A stretch of 64,000 bases of DNA from Trichinella spiralis. Its lineage: Eukaryota. The notes below the pieces were generated by a model, which was given only the letters and a program-made list of their open reading frames with translations, was not told where the DNA came from and did not search any database. Position numbers and translations under genes: made by a program. Positions 1-25,800 of the stretch are shown here, in pieces (position 1 is the first letter of the stretch; each line of letters starts with the position of its first letter). Where the stretch lies: NCBI RefSeq assembly GCF_000181795.1, contig NW_003526943.1:3030707-3094706 (forward strand), given 5' to 3'.

Positions 1-12351
<12,351 letters not shown>

Positions 12352-14389
12352 GCTGTCAGCGTTACCTTCAACAGGATGTTACAACATTATGAGATATTAA
12401 AAAAATTAAAACAGCTTTCTAAAACAAAAAACACTAAGCCACAATGAACTCGAATCACTGTACATAATGAAAAGCAAGTTACGTAGCATGGATACGGTAT
12501 AAAAAATACTGCTTTGATACTTAACAAGTAAAATAATAATTTTTTTAACAAAAAAGGCAGAAAATATGAAGTAAATTTTAATGCTCTTACTAAATTCAAA
12601 AATATTGTCCATTTCTCTTTGAAAATTAACACTCAAAAATATTTTACAAATTAACGTCCACCATTGCTTTAAAGCAACAGTAATTTAATGTGCAAGCGCC
12701 TAATGCATCAGAGTCTGTAAAATTTATTTTTCTTGTAAAAATTTTCTTTGCTACGTGACGTACGGTTGTAATTAATTTCTGCTGAAACCGTTTTTTTTGC
12801 CTGCTACAATTGATATTAAAGATGACTAATTTGAATGCACAAAATTTCCATTCATAGCCGTCTCTTTTATGAGATAAGCATGAATTTTGGTTATTTGTGG
12901 ATTTTTTTCCTCACTATTCATCCCCATTACGAGTCATCAGAATTTAGAATTCAGCATCTGCAATCGTAACCTTCGTGATGTGACCAAAAGTAGTACTGCT
13001 GCTTGAAAGCAATATTGGGCATTTGTGGTAAAAATTGGCACTAATTATTTTGGACTAAAAAACTGAATTCACTACAAGTGCAAGATTATTTTATACGTTA
13101 AAAGTAAAAATTAATGTATAACAGTGAGATGGCTACAATGAATGGAAAATCAATTGAGAAATTATACTGTAGAAAGAGGAGATAAAACTCGCAGGAAAGT
13201 AGTAGTTGTTTTGACTTTGACATAGATCGCATTTTCTTTAATACGTGTTTCCAGTGATGGATTTTGACACTGTAATACATTAAACACGATGTTGAAGGTC
13301 CGTGTGAGAGATGGTTATCTACCCAGATGCTGACATATCTGAGCCAGACATTGACACTGATGAAGATCTGGCGAAAGAGCTGTTTGATGCCAGTGATGAT
13401 GATGACATAAAGAAAGTTCAGGAAGGTGTTCATAGATCCTCATACTAATAGAATTGAAAGTCTTTTACGCCAACGCCGTTTCACTGTAGGCGTTCCCACT
13501 GTACATCAGTCTTGAAGTCGCAACCGGTTCGATCGGTTACTGCGTTTCATTCGTTTTAATGATAATAATGGAATAATCAGAGATCAGAACCATCCTCAGT
13601 TCTTGAATTCACTTATTATCGGTTTAAAGTTCTGTAACATGCATTGAAACAAAATTCTACAACAACAAATTTGCGCAGCTGTCTATAAGAAGGGTGAATT
13701 TCTAGAATCCCGTATTCTATTTTTCAGTTCACTCCATAATATCGTCCTTGGTTGGGTTCGATTACAACTCAGCTAAATGTAAAGTCTGTAAAGTCCGTCC
13801 TCTCGTAGATCATATTCGTGTCTGAAAACTCAATCGTCGCAGTAGCAGTTAGTTGATGAGCAGATGATTCCCTACAAAGGCCGTTTCAGGATGAAGCACT
13901 ATATGCCTAACAAGGCCCACAGTTGGGGCCTCAAGGTATTCTGTCACTGTATCAGTAATGGTTTACTATATGATTTTTGGTTTGCTGGTGACAGCCCATT
14001 GGAAATAAAGAATGGCCTCGGCTATATTGGAGCCGACGTCGTTCTCAAATTATGTGAAAAATTACCTTAGCACCAGGGGCACAAAGTATCGTTCTACAAC
14101 TATTTCACGTTTTTGGGGCCCCATTAAACGCTGTGAGGCCTCGGTATTGATTCAGCAGCCCTGATCTGCGGAAATCGAATGAGATGATGATCCTTACTGT
14201 CTGCAAGTCAGTTGATAAAAGAGGAAGAGGTGCGACTGACATGTGTTGGGGGAAAAATGACAGATTCTGTGCCGTCAAGTAGTTCGACAGTAATGAGATG
14301 ACTTTGTCTTCTTCATACTGTAGTGCAGAACCACTGGGAACCGTTCGTCGCTGGGATAAAAGATGCAATTGGTTTATTGGTATATCATA

Positions 14390-14803
14390 GGTAACAGTCC
14401 CGGCTAGCTGATGATGCCTGCTACATTCCAAAGTCAACGGAGGAAAATCAGGGTAAGCCGAGCTGATCATGCACCACGAACCCGCAGCACTCGGCTACCG
14501 TAGCAGCCACATTTGGACCTGACAATCGGTAGCAAAGTACGGTAGTGTGGAAACACGTTGTAGTTGGTGGTGGTGTCTGGTTTCGGTGATCGGGCGGTCG
14601 TGTTGTTTTATGTTGTGGTTGTTAATAGCATGGTGTAATGAACATTCGAAACGATTGTTTGGTGTTCGTTTTATAAATCATTCACGCCATGTGCCTTCCT
14701 CAAGAAGAATAGGCAGCCGTAACGTCAACTCGGACGGTGACGACACGGCCGAGAACAATAAGGCCGTGGCTGACGCGCCTGCTGTGACGGAAAGTTCGTT
14801 ACA
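14390..14803. mobile_element. Solo LTR (414 bp) inserted in the transposase
   Basis: Ends GGTAAC...GTTACA (TG..CA type with the first base altered) and a 4-bp CATA duplication. Removing it restores the reading RWDKRCNWFIGISYPVILLDCNKFMGG. Confidence 0.8.
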
Positions 14804-14933
14804 CATATCCAGTAATTTTATTGGATTGCAACAAGTTTATGGGCGGAATCGATCTCTCAGCCATGTTGATGTCTGCGTATGAAGAGGATCATAAATGCCT
14901 CAGGTGGCACCGCCGGGTTTTTTACTGGATATT

Positions 14934-16179
14934 TGTGCTTTCCGAATCCGGCCTGATCTTTAATATTATACCAAACCGTCTACAGAATCCTACTGTAAGT
15001 GTGCTTTGGATAGAAAAGTTGATTTGAGTAAAGCTCGCCTAAAAACTGTTGCGGCGTTATGGTGAATGGACAATGCGCTGATAAAACGTTTGTTTACCTG
15101 AATACGAAGGGACATTAGGACAGTCGGTGGTGGAATGATTGGAGAAGGTGGAACTGGTATGCTAATTGCGTGGATCGATAACGTCGCGAGTGTTATTTCT
15201 CTGCGCATCGCTGGCGGCGCCTTCGTGGTGGACCCATTCTTGTCGCCATTGCCAATTTGTATCCAGGAAGCTTGGCGTCAATGAGCCTCCAGATGTTTTC
15301 TCAGCGGATCTGCGGAGGCTGGCGGCTCTGTTCCGTAGTGGCCTGTTGGGAAAAACATTCTCCTGACCTCTAGCCTTCAGCAAGTTAGGCGGAAGCTCTA
15401 GCTCACGATAGAGATGCGCGTCAGAGCGTGACGCTGTGACGTCATTCCCGCATGTATATAAGAATGCGTTATCAAATTTTACTAACACTTTATCATTTCC
15501 GCGCATAACTGCGTTGCACGCTGTTCACTTTGGTAGTTTATGCTTAATAAAATTCATCGTGGCCAATTTCTTTGATGGCGTATCGGAAAAAGTCATGTCG
15601 TGCGCATTCGTCGCCGACATGCCTGAGAATGTTCGACAGTTGCTCAAGACTGGCTCGCGTATGAAGGATCTCAAGTTAGCCAGATCCTCGCCCGTCTCCG
15701 AGCAATTATTACCGACGGGCACCCCGTGGATACGACGGACACCTGCCTGGGCGCAAGAAAGGCAGGACCAGGACCGCAAGCAGTACCTCCTGAACTACGG
15801 TGTTGTACGTGCGGTAGGCCGAATCACTTTTCCATGGACTGCCTGTCCCACCATCAGTCGGTACCCTGACATTGGAGCGTGACAAACATCCTAGTGTAAC
15901 GTTGACCCAAGACAGTGAAGACAGCAGCTTGATCTTCGTTTTCCTCTGCGCGACGCTATGAATGCAGCGGAACCTGACCATGGCCCTTCGAAAGTGCCAA
16001 CAGCATCCACGTACGCCCCTGCATAATCCGGAGGCCGCTACCCGCGCTTGTTGTGATTAGAAGATCTTATGGGAGTGTGTCTTCCGAATGCTGCCCTACG
16101 TTTGATATTATACCGAACCATCTACAGAAGCTTAGAGTAAGTGTGCTTTTGATAGAAAAGTTGATTTGAGTAAAACTCG
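14934..16179 (+). mobile_element. Internally deleted Gypsy-type LTR retrotransposon
   Basis: Diverged direct repeats of about 104 bp (14934-15037 and 16076-16179), both starting TGTG; the second follows a purine-rich ATGGGAG. Gag-like fragments: SVVE*LEKVELVC, RKLGVNEPPDVFSADLRRLAALF, GVSEKVMSCAFVADMPENVRQLL. Confidence 0.75.
15334..15570 (+). mobile_element. LTR-like insert that splits the gag remnant
   Basis: Interrupts ...RRLAALF / DGVSEKV...; contains TGTATATAAG and AATAAA; termini are not clean. Confidence 0.5.
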
Positions 16180-17611
16180 AAAACGTGGCCAAACATCATC
16201 AGAAGAAGCATCTCAGGAACGCACATCTGTTACGTCTTCCAGTGGACTGCCTGCAGCTGTACCCGCTAGCATCAGGAAGCACCAGTTCAGTCATTGACCA
16301 GAGATGGTCGAACAGAAAAGGCAATGCCATCGGACTGTACAGCTTCGTTGTATGAAGTGCGAATTACATTTTTGCTGCGATAAAACGTGGCATTGTTATT
16401 TTATTCATCATTATGCTTAGCATACTAAACATCGCAATGTGCTTATAAATTTTTCTCCATTTTGTTAATATAAGTGAGATTTTGATTTTATAATGGTAGA
16501 CCTGACGTGTATGTATTGTCAAACTAGGCATTAAAACAATGATGATGCGAAAATGTACTCCCAAAGTTGAACTTCGCGTACTTTTGTTCTGCAGTGTTAT
16601 TCTGTAACCCATAAGGTCTTATTTGGAGTGTTTTCATATTTTACCCTAAGTATCCGAAGTTGCTTCAAGGCAACGGAGCAGTAAAGCGTACAGAAGCACA
16701 ATTGCAAGTTCGAGACATTTTTTTATAAGAATAATAATAATAAGCTGAAAATTACAAAAAAACTGTATGAATAATTTTTATCAGTAAGTTTTTCTAATAT
16801 GGGAATGAAAAGGTTAAAATTTTTAAACTGTAATATATATATTTTTAAAAATATCGACCTCTTTAACTCAAAATTCATCAAATGCAAGTGCTGGTTAATA
16901 AATATTTACTTCATAAAGAACAGAAAGTATTTTCTTTAAGAGGAAAACAATATCTATTCTTCTTTTGACATTAATAATAATAACGTTTTGAGCTAATTTT
17001 TACTCCATCCTATATCAGCTGCCAAATTCAATTTTACTACTAATCATTGGGATGATTCACTAAGGTTGTCTTTTTGTTGCTTTGATGTCAAAGTCAGTAA
17101 AACAACATAAAGGGAAAACATGATATTACACAGATTTGACGATTATTAAATTTCCACAAAATAATTAGCACATATGTAATAGGATATGAAAAAGTGTTTT
17201 ACTGTTTTCATAAATGAGATGGATCGGATTGCTATTTAATCAATTTTGTAAAAGGAAATAATATGCCTTATTTCATTGGTGCCTTTTCAATTTCAGTGTT
17301 CCATTTATGCATTGTATACGTAATTTTAAAAGTATTGTAAAGTTATTTTCAAATACAAATGCAGTACTTCGAGTAATTTTTGTAATCTTTTTTTACAAAA
17401 CAACGTCAGACAATGGAGATGTTAAATTTAAAACATTTTTTTTACTTTAAACAAAAAACATTTTAAAATAATAATCAGATTAAAGCTTTGTTTAAAGTTT
17501 AAAAATCTAATAGTTGGAGTAAAAATGAAACAATTCGATTAATTCAGTTGTGGTTTCGTGTTTTCCGAGATCAGTGGTTGTTTCCATACTCCTCTGAATT
17601 CCGTTGCAAAC

Positions 17612-17992
17612 ATGCCGAAGCCTATTCCAAGCGAATTGAAGACTTCACCTGCTGAAAGGATCGTTTTCAATGCACCATTTGAAGAGAAGAAAAATTATCC
17701 ATTCAGCATAATTAATAATGGAAAAGAAAAAATTGCCTACATGATCAAATTGTCCAATGAAATGCGTACAATGTGCGAGCCATCTCATGGAGTTTTAGAT
17801 CCTGGTGAAAATATGTGGATTCGTGTTCATCTGGAAGAATTTAAACCGACAGTAGAAAATACTCAACCCAACACACTGACCATCGAGTATTGTTTCCCAC
17901 CAGAAGGCTCGGATAAAAATTTCAATCCAAGTTGGTTCCGGCTTAACGTCATCATTCGACGCAAGCACGTTGCACTTGAGTACAACGCGTGA
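17612..17992 (+). CDS. Major sperm protein (MSP) family, intronless, 126 aa, copy 1
   Basis: IVFNAPFEEK, PSHGVLDPGE, WFRLNVIIRRKHVALEYN align with nematode MSP (IVFNAPYDDK, PPCGVLDPKE, RRKNLPIEYN). Confidence 0.9.
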   Translation: MPKPIPSELKTSPAERIVFNAPFEEKKNYPFSIINNGKEKIAYMIKLSNEMRTMCEPSHGVLDPGENMWIRVHLEEFKPTVENTQPNTLTIEYCFPPEGSDKNFNPSWFRLNVIIRRKHVALEYNA

Positions 17993-18349
17993 TGCTCGAT
18001 TTTTGACATGAAAAAAAAAATTTTTTTCCCAATCATCTCATCAAATGCCTTATGCATTCATCACTGAACATTGTTGCTTCTTTTGAACAGTCTTATTAAT
18101 TATTCTCATTAATTTTAATCATTCATTATTAATAAATTATTATTAAAACATTTGCCTTTTTGTTTGAAATCATCTATAAACGAAGAAGAATAGAAGACGG
18201 AAAAAACAAAACAAGATGACAGTTTATTCAAACAAACAACTTCTCCATTCAGATGTTAAAAAAATATCGCAATTCACTTTTCACATTTAACAAGAAAAAA
18301 AAACTGCTTTTCGAGATCCTTGCTTCTCCTTTGCTTTTACACTACCACA

Positions 18350-18805
18350 AATTCCAAGCGACACCAAACCGCAAACATAATAGATACGGAAACATACGGA
18401 TGTCAGTTTTCCCTGCATTTTCAAAAAAAATATGGCAACCTTGAATCATATTTCCATTTTAATTTTTTTCCTTTAAAATAAAAAAAAAGAATAATTTATA
18501 AATTTGCATTCACATAACGAAAAGAAACCTTTTAGGTTCGTGCATTTTCTTGGCAACATCTTCTTCAACTACACTTTGGATTAGATCGCTGTTGCTGTTC
18601 ACCGCTCCCATTTTTACTGAGACGAAGACAAGAAAAAAAACTTATTGTAATATAATCGTAAATTCATATTTCAAAATGTCAAAATATTACGGATTCTGTT
18701 GATGATATCGACACTTTCGCTGTTTACCTGCATGCGAAAAGAACTCTCTGGCAATGGTGATTCATTATGTTTTCTTTTTTTCCTTTAAATGATATGATTG
18801 AAAAA

Positions 18806-18840
<35 letters not shown>

Positions 18841-20755
18841 CAAAACAACAAACTTGTGTTTCTTTAATTTAGTGTCCGTGTCGTTTAATTTTCCCAAATC
18901 GTCGTCGCCATTCGTTAAAGCAGCTTCTTCACTGACATGTTCCTCTCCTGTTCCCAGAATATGTGCTTTAAGCAACTCTGAAATTGATTGACCAGAAAAA
19001 TCAATATTTCAAATAATAAACAAAGCAAAAAATAAAAACCCCTCAATTTTAAGCCGTATGAATATCCATCAATTGATGGTTTCGTCGGTGTAATAATATT
19101 GCCCTGTAAGCCTTCTGCAACGGAAAATGCAAAACGGAACCAAAGAGTTCGCGATAATAAAAATTACCTTCATGGTCGTCGTCGCAATTTGTTTCATTCA
19201 TATTTTCCAATAATAAAGCATCGCTGTCCAATTTTTGATTTTTCCTTAAAGTACATAAATAAATTGTTAAAATTAACAAAATGTATACAACAAAGACAAA
19301 CTTTTTGTGGTTTTTCGGCTCATTCACTTTTTCACTTGTAGATGTTTCTGCATCTGGAGTACAACCAGAGTCTTCGAATGACAATATTTCTAAAAATAAA
19401 ACAACAAATGTTTCACATTTATTCATAAAAATCAAGAAAAAACATCATTAATTAATTAATTCATTAATTAAACCATTACTCATTTCATCAATGTCATTCG
19501 TATCAGTTGATGAAGTTTTCAATTTCTCTTTCACTAATAAATTGAAAAAATAAGCACACAAGTAGTAATGATTTGATAAAAATGATAAAACAACAACTAC
19601 ACGACGAGGCAGTTTTGAATTCGGCTTTCTTAAAAGCTGAACTGGACGAAGGCATAGTGAAATCAAATGATGAAACGTCTGTCTTGTTTTCTTCATCCCT
19701 TCATGAAAATATACATTAATTAATTGTTTCGAATTAATTTTTTAAGTTTTTCTCAACATACACAAACTTTATCTTCTTTGATCCACTGTAGGATCGACTA
19801 GCATTGTCCGTTGTCCTGCAACTTTCAAGAATAAAAATCAAAGCAAACTGCAACTTCGAAACAACAAATATAAAAAAAAAGAAATTGCTAACCATGAGCC
19901 AACCATCAGATCAGCTTCGTATCCAAATTTTTCCAAGCAACCTTTAGTAGTGGCGGTGCTAAAATTCTTGTACAAAAATACAAACGGCTTTCTATTTTGA
20001 TCAAGTGAAAAACTCACTTCTCGCTGACAAGGTTACCTTCGAATACGAGATATTTATGTTCACTATAATAATTAGTAAGTTCAAACCAAATGCAGTCGCC
20101 CAGATTGACATTTGAAGGACCATCGGCAGTCCAGTAAACTTTTGCAGTCACAATTCCATAAACAATGCAAACAGCCACTGCATCTGTTACTCTTGTGACT
20201 CTGCCTGTAATAAAGGATTATTTTGATAAACCAAATCAACAAATACGACAAGGAAAAAATATCCACCAACCACATAAAACCGATCCAGTCGTAGGAGAGA
20301 GAACATAACAACCGACTGTCAGAGGTATTTCAATGACCGGGCTGCAGCCTTGAATTTTCACAGCACGTTCTTTGAAGTGTACTTCATCATATGCAATTAG
20401 CATACAGTCAGTCATGAAAAAAAACACAACATTAGTAAATTCGAAACGTAAAAGTAATTACGGTTAACTTCATTGCAAAAATTCTGCATACTTTTTGTAA
20501 AATTTCAACAACGAACTGTTCAAAATCGACCTGACGGAGTTTTCCACATTGCCATACTGAGCCCAGGTTAGGTAATACTTCCTATCTATTTTTTTGTAAA
20601 TAATATACGACGAAGAAAACTTTGACAGTTTTTTGGCAATTTCCACAACATCCTTGCAACGTCTAAAAGAAAACTTAACAATAAAACACTGTGCATTATA
20701 CAAAATATTATTTCTAAAAAAATAAATACTTTTTTGCTGGCAAATTCTCTCTCAT
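18350..20755 (-). CDS. POLR1F: RNA polymerase I subunit RPA43-like with long low-complexity C-terminus; 3' end uncertain
   Basis: Spliced reading MRENLPAKKRCKDVVEIAKKL..ILNSSLLKFYKK..LIAYDEV..VLSPTTGSVLCG..RVTRVTDAVAVCIVYGIVTAKV resembles the RPA43 N-terminal and OB-fold pattern. Confidence 0.65.
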
Positions 20756-21847
20756 CTCCAACTCTATTAAAACTCTTCTTTCGTTTTGCTTATTCTACTT
20801 TTAGGAAAAAAGTATAACACAGGGATCTAAATTCATAATAAAATAAATTAATGACAACTATTGTTTGAAAACGCTCATTGATACACTCGTTACGTAATCA
20901 TGTTTTGAGAAAACAATTATTTTGGTTAAAAACACAAAATACAAGAAAAATTATTTTAAGTCAATAAATTCTAAAACGCTTTTAAAATGACAATATTTTC
21001 ATCATTGTATGATTCAGGAATAAAAAAATTAAATCATATTAATACAATGCCATGAAAACAATAAACAAAATCATCTCACTTTGTATATATACTTTTATTG
21101 TGCTCAAAAGAAATTTCCGGCTGTTGCCATGAGAAAAATTTCATAGTGCAATTTTAAATTTGACGTATTCGCAGTACAATTTTCTTCCAAGTGTAATTAC
21201 TTAATTGAAAATCAAGTTTCATGTACAGTAAATTAGCAAAAAAAACTTTGATTTGTTTACTGAACGCAAATTTCAATATTTCCCATAAATAATTCGAAAT
21301 ATTTTCCATTTCTCTGGATTATTTTTCTTACCTTTTACTTTTAATTAGTTTATCAAAGTTTTTTCAAATTGTTTTATAAGAAAAAGTGTGGAATAAGATT
21401 TGTTTTCTAAAACAATACATGCTTGACCTAAATCCAGTTTTCATTTTGCTTTGGTTTACAGTAATCTTGTTGTATTCGTGTTGTATTGTAATGTTTGTAA
21501 AATGTTTCTCTCAAATTCTCCCCTTAAATTTGAAATCATTAATTATTTTAACAATAATGGTCTGAATTTTGAAAAGAATTTTTGCACATGTACAAATTCT
21601 GAACTGTTTGTTTCGTTCAAAATAACACATTGCTAGTATTTATTTCAGTTATCAATTGGAAATTAAAGAAAAACATTCTTTTGTTGTTAAAGCATAATTT
21701 TAATAAGCGACGTTAATTGTTATAAACAATGAACAATATAGGTCGCAGAGAGAAGAAAAAGAATTTCCTGCAAATCCAGACAGTATACTGTACCGTGCTC
21801 ATTGCCAGTCATTGTTTGGAGTATCTCTGCTGTGTAGTGTTTTTGCA

Positions 21848-22635
21848 ATGCGCCTCAGTGGTCGTTTCGCTTCTGCTGCTCGAAATCTTGTGCAAAAGCG
21901 AGTCTACGCAACATGGGCATCGTCTGCCAGAATGCTAACGTTGAACAATAATTTTGCAAAAGCTTCGATTGTTTCGAAAAGTCAACCGCCGCCAATGCGC
22001 TTGTTTTGTTCTGAAAACAACGGCGGCTCTTGCTCATTCAAAGTGCAAGATTACGAAGATTTCAAAGACCGCGTCATTGGAGCGGAAAAGCCAGTCGTTG
22101 TGCAATTTTATGCGGAGTAAGTTCAGTTTTGCTTTTGCAGCAAATTTAAAAATTTTATTTTTTGCAGCTGGTGCGGTCCATGCCAATTGCTTAGTCCACG
22201 ACTTGAAACTGCAGTCTGCGGACAGCAGGGAAAGCTGACGTTGGCTAAAGTCGACGTTGACGATTGTGCTGATTTGGCACTTGAATATGGGGTAAATATT
22301 GTATTTTCGTTGCACTTTTAAGATGCAACATATGCAAACTTGCTCGAATCTTCTAGTTTTTAAAATACAATTATAATTACCAGTTTAGCATTGTTTGAAT
22401 GAATAAGAAAGCGATAGATCATTTGGACAAATCAGTTCGATAATTGTTGTTATGCTTGAATGTATTGTTAGAGGTAAAAAATATATCCCTATTTTTTCGA
22501 TAGGTTGCATCTATCCCCACAGTGATGGCATTTCGTCGAGGTTCTGTGGTCGACCAATTTTCTGGCGTTATCGAAGACGAACTAATTGTTAAATTTTTGA
22601 ACAAACTTGCAGCACCAAGACCAAGGCAAACTTAG
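21848..22635 (+). CDS. TXN2: Mitochondrial thioredoxin (3 exons)
   Basis: Arg/Ser/Ala-rich presequence; [14 protein letters not shown] across intron 1; [20 protein letters not shown] at 22633-22635. Confidence 0.92.
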
Positions 22636-22738
22636 AAAATTAAAAAGAATGCCTACCACGCTCGCCGCTGTTTAATACTGTTGTGATTGATTATTTGTTA
22701 TTTGTATGTTACAATCAATTGTATTCACATATTAATTC

Positions 22739-22769
<31 letters not shown>

Positions 22770-22779
22770 CATATATGTA
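22739..22779. repeat. (TA)n microsatellite between the convergent TXN2 and LARS1 3' ends
   Basis: Seen directly. Confidence 0.9.
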
Positions 22780-22843
22780 CATAAGCATTCTTGAATAAAA
22801 TTTTTGAACATTATGCAGTTGGTTTGTTTATTCGCTCGTTTGT

Positions 22844-25800
22844 TCAAACAACAACGTAAATCATCTGTGTGCCTATTGGATGGTGATAGCCATCTTCGTT
22901 CAGTGAAAGCGTGGCGGGTTGGCGTTGATTGTCAACTTCGAACACACCGTCGCTTCGAACTTCAGTGCACTGTTGGAAATTTTCCAACACTGGTATCATT
23001 CTCGAACCGAAAACTGAATCGCTGTATCGATACAGTAGAATTTGTTTTGCTGAAAGAGAAAAAAAAAGAACAAAATTTCATTTAAATTTTTTAAAAAATG
23101 TCTGTCCGTGTAAACAGTTCATTTTTTGAAAAAAAAATTACCATCTGATACAGAAATACGTTTCGCAATGCGTTGCTTCAAATTGTTCACCGTTTCACCG
23201 TGCAAAACGGCAGTTTCAAATTCAAAATAACCCGAACCAACAGTTGGATTGATTAAAATTAATTTGCAAACTTTCTAAACGAAAAAAAAATCCAACAACA
23301 TTATATGCATGTATATGTTATTTTTCTTCTCGATACTTCAGTTTGAAAGATGATGAATGGCTTGCCGGGTCGACATTCCTCTTGCACCTTTTCTCCACCA
23401 TGAACAGATGTATGTATTTGAATAGCTTGCAGCTGAAATATGAAGAAATTGTTTTTCAAGCAAGGAGGAGCTTTATTATTGTTTTTCCAACAAGACAAAC
23501 CTGCAACGTCGAGACAAGATATGCTGCATTGCGCGTCAGAATGTCAAGCTCGTCGACTTGGGCTTGGAGCGAAAATGCCTCCACGCCCTTTTGATCGTAG
23601 CTTTCTTTGACCGATGCCACAAACGGCATCAACTTCTTCGCGTGCTTTTTCAACTCTTCAATTTTCAACAACTCTTTCGACAGTATTTTATTTTCAGGCA
23701 AACTTCCACAGGCCTAATGGAAAAGTTTAGTTTAAACTCAAATTATTACAATACAACAAATTCACCACCTCGTGCATTTTGGCCAACGTTGTCAACGTCA
23801 ACTCTTGCCACGGCGGATAGCCAGCAGCCACGTATATGATCGCCATATTCGGTTTTTCAACTGGCATTTTCTGCACAAATTATGAAATCAAATATTTATG
23901 CAAATAAATCCCAATGCAACAACATACGCCAGCTTTTTTCTGTTTCGATGCCATTGCCGATTTGTAACGAATTCGAAAATCATGCAACGCATCTTCCAAA
24001 AATGCGCACTGCTTTGACAATTCTTCAACCACCGGCTCTACTGTCGGCCATTTAGCATGCACTATGGAATTTTTCTACAAAATTTACCTCATTGCATCAA
24101 TAATAATAATAATAATAATATATGTATATATTGAATATTCATCAACAAATTGAATCAAATAACAACATTGCCAAGTAATTTCCAGATTGCTTCGCAAATG
24201 TGCGGACATATTGGCGACAGTATAATTGCCTGGGTTTCAATGAATCGCAAAATCAAATTGCGGTTCAACGCCATCATGCTCCATTCTCTGTATCGATCAC
24301 GTGCCGCCTCAATAAACAAACAACAACAGCTTACAAATCGACAAACAAACATCGCATTATTTACTTGAAATTCAAAAAAGGCCGACTTCACCACCTCTTT
24401 GAATTGCATATTTTCATAATTCTCTGCACTGATTTGTACGTATTTGTTGATGTCGTTTTGGAAAATCAGTTCAGGAAATGTACTCGGCGGATGGTTGGCC
24501 ATCTCATCCAAAGATGTGATGCTCTCTATGACCCAAGTTAGGAAATTGTACAGCCGAAGCACGCCCGCATCGGCCATCGTTTCCATAAAGTTAGCATCTT
24601 CGATTGAATCGCCAGCATCAGCCAGAGCTAATCGCATGCCTGACAATTTATTATTATTTTTTTTGTTGTTGTAGTTTCCATTATGATAATTAATTTCAAA
24701 ATACCTACCGTCAGCTGAATAGCGTTCAACTGCTTCGACCAAGGTGAGAAAATTTCCCGTCGATTTCGACATCTTTGAATGAAAAAAATGCGAACAAACA
24801 AAGATAAAACAGAAAAAAAAACCTTCTCATTGTTGAGCAATAAATGACCATTAGCCCAGACGCTGCGCGGCCATTTGCTTGGGTCAGAAGGCCACATTGC
24901 GACGTGATTATACAAATAATAAGTCAAATGATTTTGTATCAAATCTTTGCCAGAGACGCGCAAATCCACCGGATACCAATAATTGAACTCGTGCTTCAAT
25001 TTATCCAATTTCCATTTTTCAATGTCAGTTTTTACATTTTCGTACAACTGGTCATCGTAAAATATGTAATCCCAAACCGCGGGTGTCAACTGTTCTGGTC
25101 TAAAATGGCAAGGTCAGCGACGAGATAATTCAAATTTGGTAAATTATTTAAATAAATACTTGATATTTAATGGACCACATTTACTGCCATCAAATACACC
25201 ACCTTGAAGCAAGTGAGCTACAGTGTAATATGCCATGTAAATTGTCGAATCAGACAACGATTCAATTAAATATTGTTCATCCCAGGGAAGCTTCGTTCCT
25301 GTGTTCAATTAAACAAACAGAATAGAAATCAATAATTATCCACTTTCACTTTCTACTCACCTAAGCCATAAGAACGTGAGCATGCGTGCTCGTGAAGCCA
25401 ATCAACTGTAGCATTCAAGTTGTTGTAAACATTGTCCGTATATGTGTTCAAACCTTGCAGTGCTTTTTTAGTAGCCTCTTTCCATTTATGATCTCCGTAA
25501 TTTAAATACCTTTTCAAAATAAATGTAACAAATTAAAAATTGCTTAAAAGTTTCAAAAAAAATTGCTACAAACCACTGATCACAAAGCGCTACAACACAT
25601 TCATCGCCAGACCTCGAAATTACCGGCTTTTCAGTTTCATAATAAATGCAAGCATCACCCTAAATTGACAATCATCAACATAACAACTCAAAAGTGTCAC
25701 ACAATGTTAATGTTTCACAAATAAAAAGAACTATAATTAGCATACTGTTTCAATCATTTCCTTTTGAATGTGCTTCTTCACATCTTGCACCCTTCTCCCC

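Larger units (their letters stand above)
13313..16420 (+). pseudogene. PGBD2/3-like piggyBac transposase pseudogene, interrupted by insertions
   Basis: Acidic N-terminus; KVRPLVDHIR; VDEQMIPYKGR..YMPNKAHSWGLKVF; YNYFT (second Asp lost); CNKFMGGIDLS..RWHRRVFYWIF; C-terminal Cys-rich RCMKCELHFCCDKTWHCYFIHH; contains stops and frameshifts. Confidence 0.9.
12913..16813 (+). mobile_element. Decayed piggyBac-family DNA transposon with nested LTR insertions
   Basis: Right end ATGGGAATGAAAAGG is followed by TTAA (16814-16817). Candidate degenerate left TIR CTATTCATCCCCAT at about 12914-12927 matches 12/14, but has no intact TTAA. Transposase fragments lie inside. Confidence 0.7.

Noticed and set aside
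14934..16179. Direct repeats considered as a CRISPR-like or novel array
   Set aside because: Only two copies, flanking gag remnants; explained as LTR segments
17558..17611. N-terminal extensions of the MSP ORFs in the track
   Set aside because: They begin at GTG; the ATG at 17612 (and 46415) gives the canonical MSP length of about 126 aa
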